Positions 56,102 through 64,000 of a DNA stretch of 64,000 nt are shown here, in pieces. The stretch is from NCBI GenBank assembly GCA_026395595.1, contig JAPLYL010000005.1, forward strand, positions 76,853 to 140,852. The letters run 5' to 3'. The notes beneath the pieces were generated by a model, which saw only the letters and a list, made by a program, of their open reading frames with translations, was not told the origin of the DNA and did not search any database. How positions within the stretch are numbered: position 1 is the stretch's first letter; each line of letters opens with the position of its first letter. The stretch comes from Candidatus Parcubacteria bacterium. GTDB lineage: Bacteria; Patescibacteriota; Minisyncoccia; Phycocordibacterales; CAIJYI01. A program made the position numbers and the translations under genes.

Positions 56102-57129
56102 TACGCTATGTGATATTTTCCGTCTTTGTCTTTTTTGAAGTATCTTGCGTTCTGAAGATTGACCAAAATGGTATTTTCTTTGACGTATCTTTCTTTCATG
56201 ACTTTTTCCACTATTTCTTGTTTTGTGAGAGGGCCGTTCTTTTCAAGAACATGACGAATGACATCTTTGACGACACCTCCGGTGTAACCCCATTCAGAGA
56301 GAACATAGAGTCCGCGTCCGACGAGCACAAAGCGATCATCTTTGATGAGTTCATTGTGGCAGGTGGCTACATGAGCTTTCTTTCCGAATGTTTCGGATAT
56401 CTTCTTTGCCACCTCAGTGAAGTGCATAGGAGAACCGTGTCGGCGGATGACCAAGAAAGAATAATCCCTGATACCTCTCGCACTGATGTTCGGAGAAGAA
56501 GCAACTCCCCAATCGCCAAGAGTATTTTTCCCGAGAACTTTGGAAATACCAAGCCATCTCTTCGCCGTCGCTTCATTTTTTTGTTTCGCGTCAACTTTTA
56601 CACGATCCATGAATTTTTCAAGAATTTCTTTTTCCGGGATCAAATCATTCTCTGAAACATCTCCGTGGAGATAATGAAGAGCAGAATGAACTTCGTCTGC
56701 AATATCGCTGTTCACCGACCAACGGTGTTTGAAGTTGTTATCCTCTTTGTGTTTGGTGAATTCGTCGGACAAAACCAAGTATAAAGTAATATGATTTTGA
56801 ACGACTTTGTCGTTAGAAAGATATTCAAGAAAATCTTCCTCGCTCATGATTCCTCCGAGAGTTTCAAGAGTTTTTCTGAGTTCTTCAAATACGGAAGCTG
56901 ATTTTGTGAACGCGTCAGACTTCTTCAAAGAAGCGATGGCGAAGTTCTCAATCTGGCGAACGCGCTCTCTTGTAATGCCATAGGTATTACCGATAGCTTC
57001 AAGCGTCTTTCTTTCCGGTATTTCGTCCAAACCAAAACGGCCGATGATAACATCGCGCGCTCGCGGAGGTATGGTGGCAAGCAAGCTCTTCGTTACCTGT
57101 TTTGGTCTAAATGTAATAACTGATGACAT
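56101..57129 (-). CDS. Sigma70 region-4-like HTH plus winged-helix (HARE-HTH/delta-like) protein
   Basis: RFGL...TLEAIG-x-x-YGITRERVRQIE; P-x-HF-x-E-x-A...F-x-x-x-GRG-x-Y-x-L-x-EW; no sigma region 2. Confidence 0.8.
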   Translation of the reverse strand: MSSVITFRPKQVTKSLLATIPPRARDVIIGRFGLDEIPERKTLEAIGNTYGITRERVRQIENFAIASLKKSDAFTKSASVFEELRKTLETLGGIMSEEDFLEYLSNDKVVQNHITLYLVLSDEFTKHKEDNNFKHRWSVNSDIADEVHSALHYLHGDVSENDLIPEKEILEKFMDRVKVDAKQKNEATAKRWLGISKVLGKNTLGDWGVASSPNISARGIRDYSFLVIRRHGSPMHFTEVAKKISETFGKKAHVATCHNELIKDDRFVLVGRGLYVLSEWGYTGGVVKDVIRHVLEKNGPLTKQEIVEKVMKERYVKENTILVNLQNARYFKKDKDGKYHIA

Positions 57130-57376
57130 ACAAAATAAATTATTTGAATAATTGATATTTTAACTTCTTATTAATTTTAACGTAACAAATCGTTATCGAA
57201 TTTTGTTTCGCATCTTTTTGGCCCCTTGCCCTTCCTGTTAAACTTTACGTTTTAATATAACATCTTATTATCATATATGTCAAACAATTGCAAGCGTTTT
57301 TTAAGAGGATGTCCTGAAATGATAAAATATGACTAAAAATAAAGATATTTTATCATTCAAAAATAATTTTCTTTCT

Positions 57377-60112
57377 CTACACCACCACACTCACGAGCTT
57401 GTCTTTAACATAAATTACCTTTTTCGGCTGGTTTTCCCCTACCCACTTTCTTACTTCGGGTTGCGTCAATGCCGTCATTTTTACTTCTTCTTCCCCTATC
57501 TCTCTTCCAATTTCAAATGTGGCTCTCACCTTCCCGTTAACCTGTACGGCAATAGCCATGCGGTCGCTCACTATCTTTGACGGGTCAAAGATAGGCCATG
57601 TCTCATGATAAATGAAAGTATCATTTCCAAGGTCATGCCACAACTCTTCCGTCATGTGAGGAGCGAACGGTGTCAGAAGTTTCAAAAAACCTTCATACAT
57701 TTCTTTGGTTACCGATTCAACTTTCTCCAGTTCATTCAAGAATATCATCATACCGGAAACCGCCGTGTTGAATTTGAAGTCTTCTATATTCTCGGAAACT
57801 CTCTTTATGGTTTGGTGATAAGCTGTTTCTAGGGATGCAGTCACGAGTGCGTCGCTTTTCACCTTAGGAGCCAATTTCCAAACTTTTTCTAAAAATCTGC
57901 GCGGACCAATCATACTCTCAGTATTCCATGCAGTAGATTGTTCAAATGGACCCATGAACATCTCATACACACGTAGTGTGTCTGCTCCATATATTTCCAC
58001 AACCGTATCAGGATTGATAACATTCCCGAGACGTTTACTCATTTTTATTCCCCCTTCACCAAGCACTAATCCAACATTCTTGAGTTGAATAAAAGGTTCT
58101 TCATAATTCACCACACCAATATCAAACAAGAACTTGTGCCAGAAACGCGCGTATATCAAATGTCGTGTTGCGTGTTCCACACCACCAACGTACATATCAA
58201 CCGGTGACCAATACTTTTCTTTTTCTTTAGATACCAAAGCATCTTGATTTCTTGGATCAATAAATCGTAAATAATACCATGAAGAACCAGCCCATTGAGG
58301 CATGGTATTTGTTTCGCGTTTTGCGTCGCTTCGGCATACCGGGCATTTCACATTCACCCAATCATGGATATTCGCAAGAGGAGATTCCCCAGTACCGGAC
58401 GGCTCATAAAATTCAACATCAGGAAGGATAACAGGTAAATCTTTTTCAGGAACAGGAACGACTCCGCATCGTTCACAATGAATGACGGGAATCGGCTCTC
58501 CCCAATAACGCTGACGGGAAAATACCCATTCGCGAAGCCTATAAGTGGTTTTCAATTTTCCTCCGGCAAATTCGGTAATAGCCTTTTTTGCATCTTCACT
58601 TTTTATTCCGTCAAATTTTCCCGAATTCACCAAGATACCGTATCCTATAAAAATCTTTGAATCATCAACATCGAGCTCTTCTTCAGGAACTCCTTTTTTC
58701 CGTCCGTAATCTTTATATGAAGCAATTCCTTCATCGGTTGACACATCAAATTCAATCTCTGAAAAAACAACTTTTCGAGAATCATCACTATTAGCATACC
58801 AAGAACCTCCATCATCAGAAGTTTTGAGTAAATTTTTCTTGAGCCAATCAATAAATTCATCCTCTTTTTCTGAAATGCTCACCGTAAAAAACTTTCCCCA
58901 ATCTTTGTCTATTTCCTTTACTTCAACATCCCCAAAAGTAATGAGATTTTGAACACATTCAGCAGGCAAACTTTTCTCTACGATTAACCATTTAGAGGAA
59001 AGCGGTTGAATCACTTTTTTTATATTCAATCCAAACTTCTTGGCGAATTCATAATCGCGCGTGTCATGCGCAGGCACCGCCATAATGGCACCGGTTCCAT
59101 AATGAGCCAACACATAATCCGCGATAAACACAGGAAGCTCTTCTCCATTCGCCGGATTTTTTGCTGTAATTCCCAAAAGTCTCACCCCCGTCTTTTCTTT
59201 CCCCTCCGCCGTTCGTTCAATTTCCGTTTTCTTCTTCATCTCCTCGCGATATGCTTCCACTTCACTCCAGTTTTCAATAGAATCTTTCCATTCATCCAAA
59301 AGTTTATGCTCGGGGGACATCACGCAATACGTCGCACCAAACAACGTATCCGGACGTGTGGTAAAAACTTCAAGTTCGTCATCGTCTTTTTTCTTTTTAC
59401 TTTTTACTTTAAACTTGATCAGTGCTCCTTCTGATTTCCCAATCCAATTCCTCTGCGCTTCTTTAATAGACTCCGGCCAATTCAAAGTATCCAACCCTGA
59501 AAGCAAACGATCTGCATAATCAGTAATGCGGAGCACCCATTGCCTCATTGGTTTTTTCTCCACCGTCGTTCCACATCGTTCGCATGCATTTCCTTCCAAG
59601 TCTTCATTTGCCAATCCTGTTTTACAAGAAGGACACCAATTAATTGGCTCATAAGATTCATAAGCGAGTCCTTTCTCCAGCATTTTCAAAAATGCCCATT
59701 GCGTCCATTTATAATATTTTTTGTCTGTCGTATTTATTTCTCTTTCCCAATCATAAGAAAAACCAAGCGATTTCATCTGCTCGCGAAAGCGGTCAGTATT
59801 TTTCTTAACAGCGGCACTCGGATGAATTTTGTTTTTAATAGCATATTGTTCCGCAGGCAAACCAAAAGCATCCCATCCTGTCGGATGCAGTACATTCAGT
59901 CCTTGCATACGTTTCATTCGTGAATACACATCACTAGCCGTATAAATACGAGTATGCCCCGTATGCAACCCTTCGCCTGACGGGTAGGGGAACATATCCA
60001 AAACATAACATTTCGGTTTGTCGGATACATCAGCAGTTTTAAAAACCTCCGCTTTCTCCCACTCTCTCCGCCATTTACTTTCTATTTTTTTATGGTCGTA
60101 GCTCTTTGTCAT
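57377..60112 (-). CDS. leuS: Leucine--tRNA ligase with a ~115-aa insertion
   Basis: MFPYPSG, HTGH, FTTRPDT editing motif, GTGAIMAVPAHD, SRQRYWG, KMSKR. Confidence 0.97.
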   Translation of the reverse strand: MTKSYDHKKIESKWRREWEKAEVFKTADVSDKPKCYVLDMFPYPSGEGLHTGHTRIYTASDVYSRMKRMQGLNVLHPTGWDAFGLPAEQYAIKNKIHPSAAVKKNTDRFREQMKSLGFSYDWEREINTTDKKYYKWTQWAFLKMLEKGLAYESYEPINWCPSCKTGLANEDLEGNACERCGTTVEKKPMRQWVLRITDYADRLLSGLDTLNWPESIKEAQRNWIGKSEGALIKFKVKSKKKKDDDELEVFTTRPDTLFGATYCVMSPEHKLLDEWKDSIENWSEVEAYREEMKKKTEIERTAEGKEKTGVRLLGITAKNPANGEELPVFIADYVLAHYGTGAIMAVPAHDTRDYEFAKKFGLNIKKVIQPLSSKWLIVEKSLPAECVQNLITFGDVEVKEIDKDWGKFFTVSISEKEDEFIDWLKKNLLKTSDDGGSWYANSDDSRKVVFSEIEFDVSTDEGIASYKDYGRKKGVPEEELDVDDSKIFIGYGILVNSGKFDGIKSEDAKKAITEFAGGKLKTTYRLREWVFSRQRYWGEPIPVIHCERCGVVPVPEKDLPVILPDVEFYEPSGTGESPLANIHDWVNVKCPVCRSDAKRETNTMPQWAGSSWYYLRFIDPRNQDALVSKEKEKYWSPVDMYVGGVEHATRHLIYARFWHKFLFDIGVVNYEEPFIQLKNVGLVLGEGGIKMSKRLGNVINPDTVVEIYGADTLRVYEMFMGPFEQSTAWNTESMIGPRRFLEKVWKLAPKVKSDALVTASLETAYHQTIKRVSENIEDFKFNTAVSGMMIFLNELEKVESVTKEMYEGFLKLLTPFAPHMTEELWHDLGNDTFIYHETWPIFDPSKIVSDRMAIAVQVNGKVRATFEIGREIGEEEVKMTALTQPEVRKWVGENQPKKVIYVKDKLVSVVV

Positions 60113-60149
60113 ATCCTTGCAGTATAACCTTTTCGTGTCCTAATTTCAA

Positions 60150-60515
60150 TCACATAAAAAATGTACCAAAATAAGGCAAAAATATAACTGCACCGATAAT
60201 AACGGCAAAAATAGCGGTCATTAAAACCATTCCAGCAGAAACATCTTTTGCACGTTTCGCAGCAATATGATAATCGAGAGTCAGGAGATCGGTCATGCAC
60301 TCAATAGAGGTATTGACCATCTCCGCAACAAAGACCATGGCTATCGTAAAAATCAAAACAATCCATTCACCGGAACCGATGGAAAAATATCGTCCGGCAC
60401 AAACAACTAATAACGTAAAAAATGCATGTACCTGAAAATTCGGCTGAGACAAAAAAGAATAAACGATTCCGTCCCATGCATGTTTGAATGAGATCATGTG
60501 TATTCGTCTTTTCAT
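60150..60515 (-). CDS. dgkA: Diacylglycerol/undecaprenol kinase family protein
   Basis: F-x-x-A-x-x-G, E-x-x-NT-x-IE, AKD-x-x-AG. Confidence 0.88.
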   Translation of the reverse strand: MKRRIHMISFKHAWDGIVYSFLSQPNFQVHAFFTLLVVCAGRYFSIGSGEWIVLIFTIAMVFVAEMVNTSIECMTDLLTLDYHIAAKRAKDVSAGMVLMTAIFAVIIGAVIFLPYFGTFFM

Positions 60516-60523
60516 AATTAGTT

Positions 60524-60874
60524 TTAGGTTATATATTGATCACGTCCGGCGACTAAATGCGCAAAATTGGAAGCCATCATGATTTTATCTCCGTTCGTCT
60601 TATCGTATTCCGTCCCATAAAGCATCTTACATAATTCATTATGCACTTCCCTTCTTTCTCTTCCTGTTGCAAACCCTTCCCCGCTTTTTCCGGTGACATC
60701 GGAGTGCACCGCATTGGAATATCTTTTGCATAAGCCGAAAAGCCGGATATATGCCTCCGTTCCTTTGAGAGGAAGCTTTACTTTTAACCCGGAATCTATC
60801 GCTGCCTCGGTAAAAAGATTAAATTCCAAAATCGGTTCTTTGTTACTTTCTTCTGAAAAAAATCGTTCATTCAT
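60524..60874 (-). CDS. Hypothetical protein (116 aa)
   Basis: ORF co-oriented with dgkA and 8 bp upstream of it. Confidence 0.65.
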   Translation of the reverse strand: MNERFFSEESNKEPILEFNLFTEAAIDSGLKVKLPLKGTEAYIRLFGLCKRYSNAVHSDVTGKSGEGFATGRERREVHNELCKMLYGTEYDKTNGDKIMMASNFAHLVAGRDQYIT

Positions 60875-61022
60875 AAAAAAATAATTTTAATGTCTTTTTA
60901 TTATACCGCTCCGCCGTTAAAAAAACAAAAAATGACTTGACGAAACTCATTTTTTGTAATACAACAATAACAGCGAAAAACGCTATTTGAAATAAATCAA
61001 CAGAAAAAATAGGAGGCAACAA

Positions 61023-63674
61023 ATGGCTAAAAATGTATTTAGCTTTTATGAAGGCGACGGCAAAAATAAAATGCTTCTTGGGGGAAAAGGCGCGAATCTC
61101 TGCGAAATGACGCAGATTGGGCTTAATATCCCCCCGGGGTTTGTAATCTCGACAGAAGCATGCTTGAACTATTTGGAGGATGAAACCGCCAAATTGCCAC
61201 GCTCTCTCAAATCAGAAATCGCCGTCCACATCAAAGAGTTGGAACGGCAAACAGAAAAACAATTTGGCGGGGCTCTCAACCCCCTGCTCGTTTCCGTCCG
61301 TTCCGGCTCGGCAATGTCTATGCCGGGAATGATGGATACCATCTTAAACTTGGGATTAAATGAAACCACTATCGTCGGACTGATTGAACGCACAGGAAAC
61401 CCTCGCTTCGCTTGGGATGCCTATCGTCGTTTCGTACAGCTTTTCGGAAAGGTGGCATTAGGCGTTCCCGATGAAAAATTTGATGACGTCTTCGATGAAA
61501 TCAAAAGAAGAGTCGGCGCCGAAAAAGATGTTGACCTTACCGCTGAAAATTTAACAGAGGCGACGTATCGTTTCTTGGAAGTGGTAAAGTCACATACCGG
61601 CAAGCCTTTTCCTCACGATCCGCGCGAACAATTGGAAATTGCCATACTCGCCGTATTTCGTTCTTGGAACGGCAAACGTGCGCATGATTATCGTCGTCAA
61701 TTTAAGATTACCAAAGATATGGCGAACGGCACGGCCGTCAACGTGGTAACAATGGTTTTCGGAAACATGGGCGATGACTCAGCGACCGGAGTCGGCTTTA
61801 CTCGTGACCCGGGCACAGGCATTAATGAAATGTATGGTGAATATCTCGTCAACGCGCAAGGCGAAGACGTTGTCGCCGGCACTCGCACGCCAAAGCCTGT
61901 TAAGGAAATGGCAACTGAAATGCCCGACATCTATCGCCAATTAGCAGAGCTTCGCAACAAATTGGAAGCGCATTACCACGAAGTGCAAGATTATGAGTAC
62001 ACCATAGAAAAAGGCGTTCTGTATTGTCTGCAAACTCGCAACGGTAAAATGAATACGGTCGCCCAAGTTCGCACTTCGGTTGAAATGGCAAAAGAAGGTT
62101 TGATTACCAAAAAACAAGCGGTCCTTCGTATTAAGCCTGATGACCTCACCCAGCTCTTAAGCCCTCAATTGGACAAAAGATATGGTGGAGATCCAATAGC
62201 CATAGGACTTTCCGCTTCGCCGGGCGCATCATCAGGACAAATTGTCTTTGACGCTGATGAAGCCGAAAAATGGCGCGATATGGGTCGCAAAGTCATTTTG
62301 GTTCGTGAAGAAACAAAACCGGAAGACATCCATGGATTCTTTGCCTCAGTGGGAATTCTCACTTCCCGAGGAGGCAAGACTTCTCACGCGGCCGTTGTCG
62401 CGAGAGGAATGGGCAAACCATGCGTCGCAGGAGCAGAAGGCATCAAAGTTGACGTCCGAGGAAAAACGGCTGATGTCGGTGAATACAAACTGTATGAAGG
62501 AGATGTTATTACCATTGACGGAGGAACAGGAAAAGTATATCTGGGAGAAATTCCCGTCGTACCTCCTGAATTTTCCGAAGACTTGAAAACTCTGCTTTCG
62601 TGGGCCGACCGATTTGCCACACTCAAAGTGCGTGCGAATGCGGACACTCCGGACGGCGCAAAAAAAGCGCGAGAATATGGAGCGACCGGTATCGGATTGG
62701 TACGGACCGAACGGATGTTTAACGACACCGACCGACTCCCTATCATGGTAGATATGATCGTTTCTGATTCTCCGAAAGAAAGGGCGGAATCGCTCAAAAA
62801 ATTGGCGGATATGCAAAGAAAAGATTTCAAACAAATTTTCCTTGCGATGGCGCCGCTTCCCGTTACTGTTCGTTTGCTTGACCCTCCGCTTCACGAATTC
62901 TTACCAACAGAACTTGAACTTCTCGACAAAATTCAAGAAGCAAAACACGGCGCATCTCTTTCGTTCGCAAGAAACAAGAAACTGCTTGCTGCGGTACGAG
63001 CGCTGAGGGAAACCAACCCGATGCTTGGGCATCGTGGCGTACGTCTCGGTCTGACCAATCCTGAAATCTACAACATGCAGCTGCGGGCAATACTGGAAGC
63101 CGCCGCTGATTGTGAAGAAGAAGGAACGACCATCGTGCCGGAAATCATGATCCCCCAAGTTATCTCAGCGCAAGAGATCAAGCCAATGCTTGTCTCTGTA
63201 AAAGAGATTGCCGAAGAGATCGAAATGAAACGCGGCATTACCGTAAAATTTGCATTCGGTACTATGATGGAAACCGTACGCGCCTGCTTGAGAGCGGATG
63301 AGCTGGCAAAAACCGCCGAGTTCTTCTCATTCGGAACGAACGACTTATCGCAGGCAACCTTCTCATTTTCACGGGAAGACGCCGAAAACAAATTCCTGCC
63401 GTTCTACAACGAACACGGAATTCTGGTTCACAACCCGTTTGAAATACTGGATGTGAACGGTGTCGGCAAGCTAATGAAGATGGCGATTGAAGACGGACGC
63501 AAAACGCGACCCGAACTCAAGGTTGGCATATGCGGAGAGCACGGGGGAGAACCGAGATCCATCGCGTTCTGTCATTCCATCGGACTCTCATATGTTTCCT
63601 GCTCGCCGCTCCGAATTCCTGTCGCACGGTTAGCTGCCGCTCATGCAGCGCTCAACGATAAAAAAACAAAGTAG
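61023..63674 (+). CDS. ppdK: Pyruvate, phosphate dikinase
   Basis: LGGKGANL, SMPGMMDT, GG-x-TSHAA, NPMLGHRG, FSFGTNDL, GICGEHGG; SD AGGAGG. Confidence 0.97.
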   Translation: MAKNVFSFYEGDGKNKMLLGGKGANLCEMTQIGLNIPPGFVISTEACLNYLEDETAKLPRSLKSEIAVHIKELERQTEKQFGGALNPLLVSVRSGSAMSMPGMMDTILNLGLNETTIVGLIERTGNPRFAWDAYRRFVQLFGKVALGVPDEKFDDVFDEIKRRVGAEKDVDLTAENLTEATYRFLEVVKSHTGKPFPHDPREQLEIAILAVFRSWNGKRAHDYRRQFKITKDMANGTAVNVVTMVFGNMGDDSATGVGFTRDPGTGINEMYGEYLVNAQGEDVVAGTRTPKPVKEMATEMPDIYRQLAELRNKLEAHYHEVQDYEYTIEKGVLYCLQTRNGKMNTVAQVRTSVEMAKEGLITKKQAVLRIKPDDLTQLLSPQLDKRYGGDPIAIGLSASPGASSGQIVFDADEAEKWRDMGRKVILVREETKPEDIHGFFASVGILTSRGGKTSHAAVVARGMGKPCVAGAEGIKVDVRGKTADVGEYKLYEGDVITIDGGTGKVYLGEIPVVPPEFSEDLKTLLSWADRFATLKVRANADTPDGAKKAREYGATGIGLVRTERMFNDTDRLPIMVDMIVSDSPKERAESLKKLADMQRKDFKQIFLAMAPLPVTVRLLDPPLHEFLPTELELLDKIQEAKHGASLSFARNKKLLAAVRALRETNPMLGHRGVRLGLTNPEIYNMQLRAILEAAADCEEEGTTIVPEIMIPQVISAQEIKPMLVSVKEIAEEIEMKRGITVKFAFGTMMETVRACLRADELAKTAEFFSFGTNDLSQATFSFSREDAENKFLPFYNEHGILVHNPFEILDVNGVGKLMKMAIEDGRKTRPELKVGICGEHGGEPRSIAFCHSIGLSYVSCSPLRIPVARLAAAHAALNDKKTK

Positions 63675-63688
63675 TTCTTTTTTAACAC

Positions 63689-63720
63689 AAAACCCGAGGC
63701 ATTGCGCCTCGGGTTTTTTT
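63689..63720. terminator. Bidirectional terminator
   Basis: aaaacccgaggc/gcctcgggtttt. Confidence 0.85.
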
Positions 63721-63721
63721 A

Positions 63722-64000
63722 TTAAATCCTGAATTCAATGACATCTCCATCCTGCACGATGTATTCCTTTCCTTCCGTCCGCACCCAGCCTTTTTCTTTA
63801 GCTAAAGAATACGCGCCTGATTCCAAAAGTTTATCGCAATGGATTACCTCTGCGCGAATGAATTTTTCTTTGAAGTCGGTGTGAATAGCCATGCCTGCTT
63901 CGGGGGCGGTGGAATTTTTCCTGATCGTCCACGCGCGCGTTTCGTCTTCTCCGGTCGTGAAGTAAGTCATAAGGCCGAGAATATCATAGCTCATGCGTAT
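63722..64000 (-). CDS. ychF: YchF ATPase, C-terminal TGS part (runs off window end)
   Basis: TYFT-x-G-x-x-E-x-RAWTI, IHTDF-x-x-x-FIRAE, EGKEY-x-V-x-DGD. Confidence 0.93.
   Translation of the reverse strand: MRMSYDILGLMTYFTTGEDETRAWTIRKNSTAPEAGMAIHTDFKEKFIRAEVIHCDKLLESGAYSLAKEKGWVRTEGKEYIVQDGDVIEFRI

Noticed and set aside
58655-59002. Intein or intron in leuS
   Set aside because: There are no C/S...HN splice termini and no homing-endonuclease motifs, and the reading frame is continuous.

Overview
A 64-kb bacterial window whose gene content and protein families suggest Patescibacteria/CPR (Parcubacteria-like); this assignment is an inference. Core genes are dnaJ, thrS, leuS, mnmA, a reduced dcw cluster (mraZ-rsmH-ftsL-like-ftsI-murF-like), murC, mltG, ppdK, partial ychF and tRNA-Glu(CTC). 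The main accessory block is 7.1-26.3 kb. It holds a 3054-aa secreted protein (lectin-like head, 12 YDG repeats, Ig-like repeats, C-terminal dockerin-like domain) next to a membrane-anchored cohesin-domain protein. This pair is flanked on both sides by a 'receptor-only protein + PAS histidine kinase + stand-alone receiver' module. The two receptor-only proteins share a C-terminal M-x-x-RE-x-x-M-x-x-LKKEI helix. Only the two kinases lying next to them carry an A-x-LNIL-x-D linker helix, which suggests a split, heterodimeric sensor system. One of these kinases is frameshifted at an A8 tract. Other observations: short palindromic and heptamer repeat families that sit in frame inside essential genes (murC, mnmA, leuS and others); a structured ncRNA candidate upstream of thrS, bounded by a promoter and a terminator; a small island beside tRNA-Glu (Panacea/RelE-like TA pair, methyltransferase remnant); a possible minimal cytochrome b paired with a cupredoxin; an RPH-architecture dikinase; an orphan purF; and many genes that appear leaderless. 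All calls come from reading the sequence by eye; no database searches were run.
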